The translations under genes and the position numbers were made by a program. This document shows positions 7,942 through 17,822 of a stretch of DNA of 52,263 nucleotides, in pieces (within the stretch, counting starts at the first letter, position 1; the number at the start of each line of letters is the position of its first letter). Below the pieces are notes generated by a model. That model was not told the origin of the DNA and did not search any database. It was given only the letters and a program-made list of their open reading frames with translations. This stretch comes from Pseudomonadota bacterium. GTDB lineage: Bacteria > Desulfobacterota > Desulfobacteria > Desulfobacterales > RPRI01. The stretch covers positions 1-52,263 of the forward strand of contig JBDRRF010000097.1 in NCBI GenBank assembly GCA_043825875.1, given 5' to 3'.

Positions 7942-9033
7942 TTATTCCCTTAAATTTTTTTCTATCAACGCCCGGTAAAGTGTTTCTGTTTTTCCGCTGG
8001 CTCCAAGTTTCATAGCTACATTTTTAATATACTTTTTCACGCTTACTTCTTTTATACCCATGGCTTTTGCGATCTGATTGTTTGTATAGCCTTTGGGTAA
8101 GTATTCAAGCATCTCAATCTCTCTTTTAGTTAATTGTTCTTTTAGCATGGAAAAATCTACAGCATTGTTTATAAACTTTGTCTTAATCATAAGATAAAGT
8201 CTTTTGCCCGGAGTTAATAGCACATAGGCTTTGCATACAAGTATTTTTCCGTCTAAATCCCGCCTGAAGAGCCATGGGCCGGTATTAGGCTCAATATAAC
8301 CACGGGGAGCTATTACGGTATTAATCCATTGAACGATCTCTATAGGAAGCCTTGCACAATTTGATTTACCAAAAGCTTCGGAAAGCAGCGTAAGTGTTTC
8401 CTTTGGCACTTCAACTGCTTTAAGTGTCTTATTAAAAATAAGCGGTTTGATGGGCTCTCCTGACATCAGGTAGTCAAGGCCGGCACGCATAAAGTCATTC
8501 TGGAGATATAAAAGCAGAGTGTTTGAGATAGAAACAAAAAGTGGGCTCAAATAACTGAAAAAAACCTTATCCTCCCTGATAAAAGGCTTTTTTATATCCT
8601 CACGATAAAATCCATAAGCATGAAATTGATTTTGACTTTTGAATCCCATTAAGCCCATAAAATAATTTGTACCGGTATGTTTTTTTGCATATTCCAGACT
8701 GCGGCTTTGCTCTTCGCTGGCAGGATCTATTACATCCTGATTTATAAGAAACTCTCCGTGTTTCAGTTGTTGTACACAGGCCCCGAAATAATCGTAAGGG
8801 GCCGTCCGTGAATAAAGGGTGTTCCAGTTAAATGAAAGGTTGGGGCTAGTAATTGTTTTGATTCCAATTCCATCGGATGAATTACTATACATAGACATCC
8901 AGTCAAGCGGTATGTATTTTGAAATTATAGACTCAATAGCTTGGGGAAATTCATAAAAATTCTGTATCTCCTTTGTAGCAGAAGATATTTCTATTATAGC
9001 TTTTGCAGGTTTATGCAATATTTGTTTGTTCAT
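7942..9033 (-). CDS. LuxR-family transcriptional regulator with N-terminal GAF-like sensor domain
   Basis: C-terminal LTKREIEMLEYLPKGYTNNQIAKAMGIKEVSVKKYIKNVAMKLG; start overlaps the hisD stop (ATGA). Confidence 0.85.
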   Translation of the reverse strand: MNKQILHKPAKAIIEISSATKEIQNFYEFPQAIESIISKYIPLDWMSMYSNSSDGIGIKTITSPNLSFNWNTLYSRTAPYDYFGACVQQLKHGEFLINQDVIDPASEEQSRSLEYAKKHTGTNYFMGLMGFKSQNQFHAYGFYREDIKKPFIREDKVFFSYLSPLFVSISNTLLLYLQNDFMRAGLDYLMSGEPIKPLIFNKTLKAVEVPKETLTLLSEAFGKSNCARLPIEIVQWINTVIAPRGYIEPNTGPWLFRRDLDGKILVCKAYVLLTPGKRLYLMIKTKFINNAVDFSMLKEQLTKREIEMLEYLPKGYTNNQIAKAMGIKEVSVKKYIKNVAMKLGASGKTETLYRALIEKNLRE

Positions 9034-10361
9034 TGTTTCTTTGATTTAACTTTTTTATCCGCTTCTTTAAGCCGAATCTTCACCGAGCCGGCATGCGCGC
9101 CCAGTCCTTCTGTTTCGGCAAGCATTATAATATCTTTTGCTTCCCTGAAGAATGCTTCCTTTGAGTAATTTATAAGACTTGTCTTTTTTATAAAATTATC
9201 CACGGAAAGAGCAGATGAAAATCTTGCCGTTCCTGCTGTAGGAAGCACATGGTTGGGCCCTGCAATATAATCACCTACAGGCTCTGGAGTGTAGTTTCCA
9301 AGAAATACAGCACCTGCATTTTTTATTTTACCAATGTATTCAAAAGGATTGTTTACCTGAAGTTCCAGGTGCTCGGGTGCAATTCTGTTTGATAGCTCTA
9401 TAGCAGCTAAAATATCAGGAACAACTATTATAGCACCATATTTTAAAAGGGATTTTTCGGCAATCTCTCGTCGTTCAAGCTTATTAAGCTGGTCATTTAA
9501 GGCCGAAAGAACTGCTTTTGCCATTTTCATGGAATCTGTAACAAGCATTGCCGACGCAAGCGGGTCATGCTCAGCCTGGGAAAGCAGATCAGCTGCAGCA
9601 TATTCGGGAATTGCACTCTGGTCTGCAATAATAAGGATTTCACTTGGCCCGGCTGTCATATCAATCCCAACAGTTCCGGAAACAATTTTTTTCGCAAGTG
9701 TTACATACATATTTCCGGGACCGACAATGACATCCACCTTCGGTATCGTTTCTGTGCCATAAGCAAGTGCTGCTATTGCCCAGGCACTTCCTACCTTATA
9801 TATTTCATCAACACCAACTGTCTTTGCCGCAACAAGAAGATGAGGATTAATGCTGCCGTCTTTTGTTGACGGGGTAACCATTACTACACGATTTACTCCT
9901 GCAATCTTTGCCGGTATGGCCCCCATCAGAACCGATGAAACAAGCGGGGTTTTTCCTTCTTTTCCTCCCGGCACATATATTCCGGCAGCATCTACCGGAT
10001 TAATAATCTGTCCAAGAAAAGCACCATTTCTTTCATTATCAATCCAGGACAATCTTACTTGTTGCATGTGAAAAGATCTTATCTGAGAAACGGCTCGTTT
10101 CAAAGAAGCATTAAAAGCCTTTGATGTTTTTTTTAAAGCGGAATCAATTTCCTTCTTGCCGACCTTAATAGAATCCGTATTTATTGCCGGAGAATCAAAA
10201 CGCCTGGCATAATTAATAAGTGCGCTGTCCCCGTTTTTTCTGACATCATCTAATATTTTGCTTACAGCATTATAATCCTTGCGGCTGAAAGAAAGCCCTC
10301 TGTTAATGATAGACGCAAGTCTTGCTTCGGCCGGTTTTGAAGGATATTCAAATATTTTCAT
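9030..10361 (-). CDS. hisD: Histidinol dehydrogenase
   Basis: GIYVPGG, VIVGPGN, GPSEI, LLSQAEHD, APEHLEL, GDYIAGPNHVLPT; start moved to ATG 10361 (AAAGGA RBS). Confidence 0.97.
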   Translation of the reverse strand: MKIFEYPSKPAEARLASIINRGLSFSRKDYNAVSKILDDVRKNGDSALINYARRFDSPAINTDSIKVGKKEIDSALKKTSKAFNASLKRAVSQIRSFHMQQVRLSWIDNERNGAFLGQIINPVDAAGIYVPGGKEGKTPLVSSVLMGAIPAKIAGVNRVVMVTPSTKDGSINPHLLVAAKTVGVDEIYKVGSAWAIAALAYGTETIPKVDVIVGPGNMYVTLAKKIVSGTVGIDMTAGPSEILIIADQSAIPEYAAADLLSQAEHDPLASAMLVTDSMKMAKAVLSALNDQLNKLERREIAEKSLLKYGAIIVVPDILAAIELSNRIAPEHLELQVNNPFEYIGKIKNAGAVFLGNYTPEPVGDYIAGPNHVLPTAGTARFSSALSVDNFIKKTSLINYSKEAFFREAKDIIMLAETEGLGAHAGSVKIRLKEADKKVKSKKQ

Positions 10362-10550
10362 TATATTGGTTCCTTTTTTTACTCCTTCTTTTTCTTTATG
10401 TCTTTCGGGGTAAAACATTATATATCTTTACAGCCTGTTTTTTTTGCAAACTCTATCATCTTGATTTACCAAGATCAATGAAGTTTTTATCAAGTCTATC
10501 ATAAATTCTTGACGTGTATCTGATATGATGTTAGTAAAATCATTCAAAAT

Positions 10551-10638
10551 GGAGGGATGTCCGAGTGGTTTAAGGAGGCGGTCTTGAAAACCGTTGAGCT
10601 TAACGGCTCCGTGGGTTCGAATCCTACTCCCTCCGCCA
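10551..10638 (+). tRNA. tRNA-Ser(TGA)
   Basis: Acceptor GGAGGGA/TCCCTCC, anticodon arm GCGGT-CT-TGA-AA-ACCGT, long variable arm, GTTCGAATC, encoded CCA. Confidence 0.96.
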
Positions 10639-10647
10639 TAACCAAAC

Positions 10648-10740
10648 GGAGAGATGGCCGAGTCGGCTGAAGGCGCTCGCCTGCTAAGCGAGTGTAGGGC
10701 GAAAGTTCTACCCAGGGTTCGAATCCCTGTCTCTCCGCCA
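10648..10740 (+). tRNA. tRNA-Ser(GCT)
   Basis: Acceptor GGAGAGA/TCTCTCC, CTCGC-CT-GCT-AA-GCGAG, long variable arm, GTTCGAATC, CCA. Confidence 0.96.
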
Positions 10741-10806
10741 ACCCTTTATCTTTACTCTGTTTTCACATAGGCCTGTGGTTTCAACAAATTCAACAGAACA
10801 TAAGGT

Positions 10807-11139
10807 TTATTTCAGAAACCACTGATGAATAAATGCTGCCCCGAGCCAGGCCCCAAAGCTTGAGACAATAATTACAGGCAGCGGAAGCTGTTTTTTGAGA
10901 CATAAGAGTGCTACCAGGAAGAAAAGGATACTGGGCAGTATTCCCCAAAGGGCTCCTTTTGCAAAGTTTTGCATGATTTCAGGATCACCCTTGTTTTCAA
11001 TATACATCCAGATTAAAACCAACGCCCCGGTCAGGGGCATAACTCCCACAAGACCGGCTATCGCCGGCAGCTTCTTTCCAACCGCTGTAGCGGCAAGAAT
11101 TATAGCTACACTTAAAATTACTTTCAGCAAAATTTGCAT
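10807..11139 (-). CDS. DUF3147/GlpM-like small membrane protein
   Basis: Four hydrophobic segments; AGLVGVMPLTG motif. Confidence 0.7.
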   Translation of the reverse strand: MQILLKVILSVAIILAATAVGKKLPAIAGLVGVMPLTGALVLIWMYIENKGDPEIMQNFAKGALWGILPSILFFLVALLCLKKQLPLPVIIVSSFGAWLGAAFIHQWFLK

Positions 11140-11152
11140 TATTTATAACTAT

Positions 11153-11295
11153 GAGCCACTTTCAAAACGTTTCAGTTTGGTCAAGCTCAAGGCGGGAGAA
11201 AATTTCAACCACAGGAATACATTTAGTATTTCGAGGATTGAAATTTGAGCCCAACGCTTAAGATCGGCTAAAATGGGGCGTTTTGAAACTGGCTC
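11153..11295 (-). repeat. MITE-like repeat, 143 bp, inverted orientation
   Basis: Reverse complement of the 18526 copy; flanked by TAT on both sides; its terminal base completes the doxX TAG stop. Confidence 0.92.
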
Positions 11296-11744
11296 TATCT
11301 TATTCTATTCTTAATATAAACTTTGAAAAAAAGATAATTGGCGATCAAAACAAAAATAGCATCTCTAACCATATAAAAACTTGTATAAGAACTACTTTCC
11401 GGGCTTGTAGAAAAGCAGCCGCAGTTTATATCAAGTCCACGGATTTTATTGTATATGAGTGTACAAAAAAATATTATTAAAAGAGTGTTTCCTATAAAAA
11501 CAGATCCCGGTATCCATACACCTGATAAAAGAAGACAGCCTATAATAAGTTCGAGCCAGGGTAAAAATATTGCTGTTAAATTTATAAGTTCATCCGGAAG
11601 GATTTGATAATTATGGATAATTTTAGCAAAGGCTTCGGGATGCAGAATTTTGTCGTAGCTTGCATAAATAAACACTATGCCAAGCACAATTCTTGCGCAG
11701 TGGTATAAATAGAGTGAGATTTTTTGTCTGACTTCTTCTCTCAT
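11295..11744 (-). CDS. DoxX/MauE-family membrane protein
   Basis: RIVLGIVFIYAS..KILHP..F..Y..LP, LPWLELI.G, RGLDINCGCF. Confidence 0.88.
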   Translation of the reverse strand: MREEVRQKISLYLYHCARIVLGIVFIYASYDKILHPEAFAKIIHNYQILPDELINLTAIFLPWLELIIGCLLLSGVWIPGSVFIGNTLLIIFFCTLIYNKIRGLDINCGCFSTSPESSSYTSFYMVRDAIFVLIANYLFFKVYIKNRIR

Positions 11745-12244
11745 TAATTTACACTTTCAACGGGAAGTCTGTTTTGTTGCCATACCGTCCAGCCGTTTAA
11801 AAGAGCCCAAACCTTTTTATATCCCGTATTGCGAAGAAAATCCGCCAGGTCAATACTTAGCTCACAGGTTTCTCCGTCACAGTAAGTAATAATAACACTG
11901 TCTTCAGGAATTTCAGACATTATTTCCACAAATTTGGAATCCACTTCCATATAAGGAAAGCTTATAGCTCCTTTTATATGGCCTTCATTATATTCTTCCA
12001 AAGAACGCGCATCCATAAATATAGCCCCGTTTTGCCTAAAGAGCTGAACCGCTTTCTCAAGAGAAATTTCAAGGTTTTCTCCTGACAAACTTGCATGTTT
12101 GATTTTTTCAGTCCAGTTTTCAAAAAAGGGTGTTTTGTCAGATCTGAGAAGGTTTGATGTAAGACCGGCAACAATTGTAATCAAAACGATATACAAAAGT
12201 TGCTTTAAGGTTTTTATAATCAGGGCATTTTTAACTATTGTCAT
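11744..12244 (-). CDS. Membrane-anchored rhodanese-like protein
   Basis: DARSLEEYNEGHIKGA, ITYCDGETC..S, GY.KV..L.NGW..W. Confidence 0.9.
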   Translation of the reverse strand: MTIVKNALIIKTLKQLLYIVLITIVAGLTSNLLRSDKTPFFENWTEKIKHASLSGENLEISLEKAVQLFRQNGAIFMDARSLEEYNEGHIKGAISFPYMEVDSKFVEIMSEIPEDSVIITYCDGETCELSIDLADFLRNTGYKKVWALLNGWTVWQQNRLPVESVN

Positions 12245-12347
12245 ATGTAAATTTTTATACGTCTGATTGTTCAGTAATAATCCGATTCATGCTCAATTTA
12301 TTATAAAATATACACGCAGCACTTCATTCAAGTCAACCATATCCGCG

Positions 12348-12464
12348 TGTTCAAGGGATGGCACACTCCCATGATGTTCTACCTGCCCATCTACAACCAG
12401 AATTGGAGTCATTTGGATGCCAACGGAGTCCGCCTTTTCCTGGCAGGGGGCGAACTGCTTCATC
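12348..12464 (-). pseudogene. Duplicated 3' fragment of the thioredoxin-like gene at 14239-14709
   Basis: 117-bp near-identical direct repeat of 14264-14379 with a 1-bp insertion in a G run. Confidence 0.85.
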
Positions 12465-12612
12465 AAAGTATTCACCGTTCTTTTTAAAATACGGATATAT
12501 TCAAAAAAATCTCGCCTCAATAATGCTCATAAATATTGTATTTATGATTCCTTTTCGGGAGCCTCTCATACATTATTGATCGTTACAGATTTGCCCCACT
12601 TTCTACTTTCCG

Positions 12613-13419
12613 TTAAAATGCCATATAGCCCATCCAGCACGCGATAAAAATCAAAAGATAACCAAAATATTTCTTATGACGCTTTTTATCGATCTTTACA
12701 CCAAGCCTTGCTCCGATCTGTGAGCCTGCAAGAACCGCTGCACCGAGGGTCAGAGCCAGTTTCGGATCAAAATGTCCGACCATGGCATGACCGAAAAGGC
12801 CTGTTAGTGCAGTAATACCGATCATCAGGCTTGATGAGCCCACTGCAATCTTCATGGGTACGCCGCCCAGAAGAATTAGGGCTGGAACCTTTATCAGGCC
12901 TCCTCCGACACCGAGCATGCCGGCTACAAAGCCAGCAAGTATCATCACTGGGATGATGGAAAGAAGATTCAGCGTATAGGATTCATTTCCAAAATTACGT
13001 TTTATGAAGAACCATCTGTTCTTTTTGCTATCATTCCCGATAAGTCTATTTTCTACAGGTCTTATCATGAACCATGCGCCGATAAGGATAATGCAGGCAA
13101 AGGCAAGTTTGGAAAATACGGGAGGGAACAGGGGTGAAAGATATCCGCCTAAAAATGCCCCCAGGTTGGTCGGCGGCTCGACAATAAGGGTAAGCGACCA
13201 ATCCACAAGACCGGCCTTCTGAAAGACAAGCAGAGCCGAGATCGTGGCAACTATAATTAACACCTGGCTTGTAGCGGCGCATCTGTAGAGCGGCAAGCCG
13301 AAGGCCAGAAGCATGGGAACATAAACCGCACCACCCCCCTGGCCAAACATCATAAAGATGATCGACACGATAAAAAAAATGCCGCATAATAAGGCAATTT
13401 GCTCATATCCGAATGTCAA
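12613..13419 (-). CDS. TauE/SafE (TSUP) family sulfur-compound exporter
   Basis: Two GxGGG repeats (GQGGGAVYVP; GVGGGLIKVP), ~8 TM helices. Confidence 0.9.
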   Translation of the reverse strand: MTFGYEQIALLCGIFFIVSIIFMMFGQGGGAVYVPMLLAFGLPLYRCAATSQVLIIVATISALLVFQKAGLVDWSLTLIVEPPTNLGAFLGGYLSPLFPPVFSKLAFACIILIGAWFMIRPVENRLIGNDSKKNRWFFIKRNFGNESYTLNLLSIIPVMILAGFVAGMLGVGGGLIKVPALILLGGVPMKIAVGSSSLMIGITALTGLFGHAMVGHFDPKLALTLGAAVLAGSQIGARLGVKIDKKRHKKYFGYLLIFIACWMGYMAF

Positions 13420-13452
13420 AATAGTCCCTCCTCGTACAGAGAAAACATATCT

Positions 13453-14061
13453 TTACTCCCCGTAACCCGAACATGGGATACAGACCAGTGCGCCGTCTTC
13501 CTTGATACGCAATTTGTTTACAAAAGTCAGCTCACCGCACGTATCGCACCTTTTGGCCTCGAACACGCCTTTACCTTTTTTTACGTCCACAGTGTGAATA
13601 TCGCCGATATCGAGGAATTCAGCTTCATCTAAACTGATAATCCGGTTGATCATCGGGTCTGCTATTTTCGGTTCAATGTCTTGCGGCGGGATACCGGCTT
13701 TTCTTTTTTGTACAAACGGTGATTGGAGCGCCTTTTCAAAAAAATCGGATTTAAGGCAAACCCGCACGGCACGGCCGGTTTTCTGATCAATGAGCGTAAA
13801 AGCCATCTTGTTGTAGTAGCTTTTTTTGATATTTGACTTGCCGTAAGTGCATCCGGTAGCAACCATGATCCCGTCTAAAAAACAGCCCGCGGCATGCCCC
13901 TTACCGGTTTCTGCTTCCACGAACAGTTCCTTATCTTTCGCCCGTTCTACATTAAGAGCCTTCATAGCAGCAAGCCCTGCCCTAAGCCCCATAGGCATTG
14001 CCGGGCAACGGTGACCGTGAAACTTAAATCCTGTCGCAAGTATTTTCTCAAAATTTTCCAT
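13453..14061 (-). CDS. FmdE (formylmethanofuran dehydrogenase subunit E) family protein with C-terminal zinc finger
   Basis: [33 protein letters not shown]...CIPC; start at 14061 with AAGGAG RBS. Confidence 0.9.
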   Translation of the reverse strand: MENFEKILATGFKFHGHRCPAMPMGLRAGLAAMKALNVERAKDKELFVEAETGKGHAAGCFLDGIMVATGCTYGKSNIKKSYYNKMAFTLIDQKTGRAVRVCLKSDFFEKALQSPFVQKRKAGIPPQDIEPKIADPMINRIISLDEAEFLDIGDIHTVDVKKGKGVFEAKRCDTCGELTFVNKLRIKEDGALVCIPCSGYGE

Positions 14062-14238
14062 TGTTCTCTCCTTTTTTATAATGGAAACCATTTTACTGCC
14101 GGGTTCCCCTTCATACCATAAAAGATGCCTTGCCTTAAAATGCGTCCTGACAAAATAGGGCGATAGTATATTCTCTACTTCTCTAACAAAACGGCCCTCC
14201 TTTGTTCCATAATTGAAAAGATGCATTCCGTACATACC

Positions 14239-14709
14239 TTATAAGGTTAACCACAACCTCAGCTGTTCAAGGGATGGTACACTCCCATGATGTTTTACCT
14301 GCCCATCTACAACCAGAATCGGTGTCATTAGGATGCCAACGGAGTCCGCCTTTTGCTGGCAGGGGCGAATTGCTTCATCCATCTCAGGAGACCATTGCCT
14401 GGCTATGCCGACAATTGTATTGAAATCCTCAGGTTGACTTGGCGGATTTGCTACAACCGCGTGAACGTATTCCCAGTCCACATTGATTCCGGCCTTTTCT
14501 GCTACATGCTTTGCCGTACCGGTCTCCTTTCCAACTGACTTTGCAAACGCTTGTGCTCTAAAATCGTTGTAAATCATATGGATGATATCCAAAGGCACGC
14601 CCAATTCGTTTGAAATTCTCTCCACACGCTGCCGAGTCAGGTCGCAACGGGGACAGGGGGGGTCAACACCGATTATCCAGACTTCTTTTGGCATGATTTT
14701 CCTCTTCAT
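14239..14709 (-). CDS. Thioredoxin-family (redox-active disulfide) protein with large internal insertion
   Basis: GVDPPCPRC at the N-terminus and MTPILVVDGQVKHHGSVPS at the C-terminus. Confidence 0.8.
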   Translation of the reverse strand: MKRKIMPKEVWIIGVDPPCPRCDLTRQRVERISNELGVPLDIIHMIYNDFRAQAFAKSVGKETGTAKHVAEKAGINVDWEYVHAVVANPPSQPEDFNTIVGIARQWSPEMDEAIRPCQQKADSVGILMTPILVVDGQVKHHGSVPSLEQLRLWLTL

Positions 14710-14818
14710 AGTTTTTAAATTGATAGATTTGGTCTTAATTTATTTGTTCAGGTTCTTCGTTCCTCTCAGGTTTTATGAAAAATAAATGTATATCAATATG
14801 GTATAAAAATTCTAATTA

Positions 14819-16081
14819 TTATTCAAAGAAATCTGATATTGTTCCACCCATTAAATATATGTAAGTAGCAGCCCAGTTAGTTAGAATAGTCACAGCTCCG
14901 AAAACAAACATTCCGACGCTCATTAGCGCCCAGCCGGATAATATATTTCCAATAACACATCCAGTAGCAAAGGCAGCGCCGGTTCCTAAAAGAATGCCGC
15001 CGAAAAATGCCGTAACAGTCTGCCCCGGAGGTCTCGGAAGAAAATTTATCTTTCCGGAAAGTTTTGCAGATACCAAAGCTCCAACAAAAAGGCCGCTTAC
15101 AAGCAGTATCAGCCATACATTCACCTTTTTGCCAGGAGCAGGATTGGGAAGAAGTGGTTTTATATCTGATAAGACCTTATCGAGAGTTTGCTCCTTTTCG
15201 ACTGAAATGCTTGGTGCTGCCGGTTTTTTGCTCCAGATAAATTTAAGAGGTCTATCCGTTAAAAGCAGTTGAAGATGCAGCACACCATGAGTTACCCCCA
15301 AAGGATAGTTTCTGCCTACAGCAGCAGATGACATATATGCAAAAATTGCGAGAATGCCGATTGCCAGCCCCGCTTGCCATGGTTTCCATGGATGTGTAAT
15401 AAATTTTCTAAACCGGCCCTCGTCGATTGATGTAACCTCATGTGTTTTTTTACTCTGTTTCCGTTTAAACACCAAAAAAACTAAGGTCAACAATCCAAAG
15501 ATACATGCAAGTGCCCAGAACGGTAAGCCTGTCAGGGATGAAAGTGTAATCGGCCCGCCGGTTTCGGATTTCAGAACAAAACCCTTCATATAATCCTGGA
15601 AACCTTTAAACGGCCCATGCTCTACTAAAGCAATTCCTAATGGTATGCCAAGTAGTCCGGCCATGGAATTAATATTTCCGGATGCAGATTTATAAAGGCA
15701 TCCGCTGACGCATCCGCCCGCCAGGACAATGCCTGTACCGAACAAGAGCCCTCCCACAATATAATTGAGCCATAGGAATGGTTTAGGATTTAATATAATA
15801 AGATCTGTAATGTCGAGCACTGCAAAACCCATCATGCTGACAACAATAGCGATCCAGAGCCCAAAAACTTTTGAACGGTCTTTCATCATAATTACTTCAC
15901 TAAAAGCGCTTGACCCGCAAAGTTCACCCTTTTTGAGGAAAAACCCGAAAAGAAAACCGATTGGTATGGCGGTTAAAACCCACACACGCGTATAAACCGC
16001 CAGTAAAGTAATTCCTGAAAGAATAACAGAACATAAAACAATATACTTCTTCCAGTTAATGATTTTATCGGAAGATATCAT
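14819..16081 (-). CDS. YeeE/YedE thiosulfate/sulfur transporter family
   Basis: GELCGS, GGLLFG.G.VLAGGCVSG, GGILLG.GAAFATGCVIG. Confidence 0.9.
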   Translation of the reverse strand: MISSDKIINWKKYIVLCSVILSGITLLAVYTRVWVLTAIPIGFLFGFFLKKGELCGSSAFSEVIMMKDRSKVFGLWIAIVVSMMGFAVLDITDLIILNPKPFLWLNYIVGGLLFGTGIVLAGGCVSGCLYKSASGNINSMAGLLGIPLGIALVEHGPFKGFQDYMKGFVLKSETGGPITLSSLTGLPFWALACIFGLLTLVFLVFKRKQSKKTHEVTSIDEGRFRKFITHPWKPWQAGLAIGILAIFAYMSSAAVGRNYPLGVTHGVLHLQLLLTDRPLKFIWSKKPAAPSISVEKEQTLDKVLSDIKPLLPNPAPGKKVNVWLILLVSGLFVGALVSAKLSGKINFLPRPPGQTVTAFFGGILLGTGAAFATGCVIGNILSGWALMSVGMFVFGAVTILTNWAATYIYLMGGTISDFFE

Positions 16082-16139
16082 AACTATACCTCATCATACA
16101 ATATTCTTGAATATCATTAATGTAATTTAGCACCTTTGC

Positions 16140-16217
16140 TCAGGCCAACCATATCCTAAATTTTTCAATAGACGGAATGTTTGTCTGGTACTTCACCTGC
16201 CCATCCACAATCAGGAA
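16140..16217 (-). pseudogene. Second, more diverged thioredoxin 3' fragment
   Basis: Reads FLIVDGQVKYQTNIPSIEKFRIWLA*, matching ILVVDGQVKHHGSVPSLEQLRLWLTL* of 14239-14709. Confidence 0.7.
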
Positions 16218-16240
16218 TTATTGTATGGGCCAACACATTA

Positions 16241-17161
16241 TTATGAACCCTTATTTGTGTTGCAGGCCAATTGGCACAGCAACGCGCCATCTCCACACTC
16301 GTTGGACTCAAATTGCAGAACCGGGTGATTAATCCCGAAACGTTTCAGGAGCGTATCCCGGATTATACCGGACAATTGATTTGTGGCACTTACGAGTTGA
16401 TCAGAAACTACAACATGGCAGGTAAGGGCCACCAGATCACCACCTATAAGCCATGTATGCAGGTAATGAATGCCCGCCACACCAGGAAGCTCTTCAAGAG
16501 TTTTTTTGATATCCATCAGATCCAATCCAATGGGTGTTCCATCCATTAAAACGTGAACTGATTCCTTTAAAAGAGAAAAACAATTCACTAAAATATATAC
16601 CACTATCATAAGGCTGAGTATCGAATCGATCCATAACCATGGTGTGAAATGCAAAATAATAGCTCCGGCCAAAACAGCTACAGATGTGAGAAGGTCTCCC
16701 ATCATGTGGAAAAACGCGCCGCGTATATTCAGGTTGTGCTTTGAATCCTTATGCAGGAGCCAAGCGGAAAATCCGTTTCCCGCTATGCCCACAAGTGCAA
16801 GAACAGCCACAAGCCCGGCTCCGACAGGAGAAGGATTCGACAGTCGTTTTACGGCTTCAACAGCGATGATTACCGCTATGCCGCCAAGAAGCGACGCATT
16901 GACTACTGCGGCGATGATTTCAATACGGCGCAGACCGAAGGTATGGCGATGCGTAGGACTTTTTTTCCCTATCAGATGCGCGATATAGGTGATTATCAGG
17001 GCTGTGAAGTCGCTGAAATTATGAACCGCATCGGAGATAAGCGCCATGCTGCCGGAATAAATTCCTCCGCAGATTTGCGCTGCCGGAATCAAAAAGTTGA
17101 TCAGTATGGTAATCAAAAGCCGTTTATCCGTTGTATCCGCCAGTTCATGATCGTGTTCCAT
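16241..17161 (-). CDS. Cation diffusion facilitator (CzcD/ZitB-like) transporter
   Basis: SMALISDAVHNFSD, TFGLRRIE, NIRGAFFHMMGD, LHTW, H.VLQFE. Confidence 0.93.
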   Translation of the reverse strand: MEHDHELADTTDKRLLITILINFLIPAAQICGGIYSGSMALISDAVHNFSDFTALIITYIAHLIGKKSPTHRHTFGLRRIEIIAAVVNASLLGGIAVIIAVEAVKRLSNPSPVGAGLVAVLALVGIAGNGFSAWLLHKDSKHNLNIRGAFFHMMGDLLTSVAVLAGAIILHFTPWLWIDSILSLMIVVYILVNCFSLLKESVHVLMDGTPIGLDLMDIKKTLEELPGVAGIHYLHTWLIGGDLVALTCHVVVSDQLVSATNQLSGIIRDTLLKRFGINHPVLQFESNECGDGALLCQLACNTNKGS

Positions 17162-17175
17162 CAGGGTTGACCTTT

Positions 17176-17694
17176 TTATAGTTTAAACTTGTTCAGATAC
17201 TCTTCAAGTTTTATCTTATTTTCCTCATCAAGTTGCGGACAAGCCTCAACCTCCTTTGCGCCTTCGGCCAGAAGTGCTGAAAAAACCATGCAGGTAGATT
17301 GACCGCAGTCACGGCAATTTGTTTTCGGCAGAAGTTTCAAGATCTCTATAATCTGTGGCTTGGGGGTACTTTCATAGCATGGTGTAATCTCCGCCCGTTT
17401 TTCCCATGCCTCATTTATTTCCCGCTTGAGCCATTCAAGAACTCTGTCTGCCTCATCCTCATCTTTGAGCGCATTGATTGCGATCCTGTCGTGGTGAACC
17501 GTTATAAGCCTGCCGTGTATTTTGAAAGTAACTGCCGGAGGGTCCTTCAGATACTCAGAACCGCCCAGTTCGGCATTAAGATATGGTATAACTTCTCTTA
17601 TGTCCTGATCCAGATGTGCTATGCAGTGAACAGATTGGAATCCGGGATTACATTTCGGTTTGAAGATTTCTTTTATGTAGCTTTTCAGAAGCAT
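17176..17694 (-). CDS. Fe-S-binding protein (CdhD/E-type putative FeS domain at C-terminus)
   Basis: [23 protein letters not shown]....ACP. Confidence 0.85.
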   Translation of the reverse strand: MLLKSYIKEIFKPKCNPGFQSVHCIAHLDQDIREVIPYLNAELGGSEYLKDPPAVTFKIHGRLITVHHDRIAINALKDEDEADRVLEWLKREINEAWEKRAEITPCYESTPKPQIIEILKLLPKTNCRDCGQSTCMVFSALLAEGAKEVEACPQLDEENKIKLEEYLNKFKL

Positions 17695-17707
17695 TATTTT
17701 GTCTTCT

Positions 17708-17803
17708 TATAGTAAACAACAATGCAATTAATGTGATGGTGCTGATTTTTGGAATGATTTTTTCCTCATACCATGCCCGGCCTTTTGTTTTGAGCCCGAT
17801 TAT
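17708..17803 (-). pseudogene. acr3: Internal fragment of an Acr3 arsenite efflux permease
   Basis: [32 protein letters not shown] matches the conserved Acr3 KGxxWY...[14 protein letters not shown] segment. Confidence 0.7.
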
Positions 17804-17822
17804 ACTATTATTTGGGAACCTC

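Noticed and set aside
10544..10741. 65-aa ORF MAERQGFEPW..
   Set aside because: Antisense translation of the two tRNA-Ser genes.
17176..17694. hgcA/mercury methylation or acetyl-CoA synthase subunit
   Set aside because: Only the small Fe-S domain is shared; no corrinoid-binding NVWCAAGK motif or hgcB.
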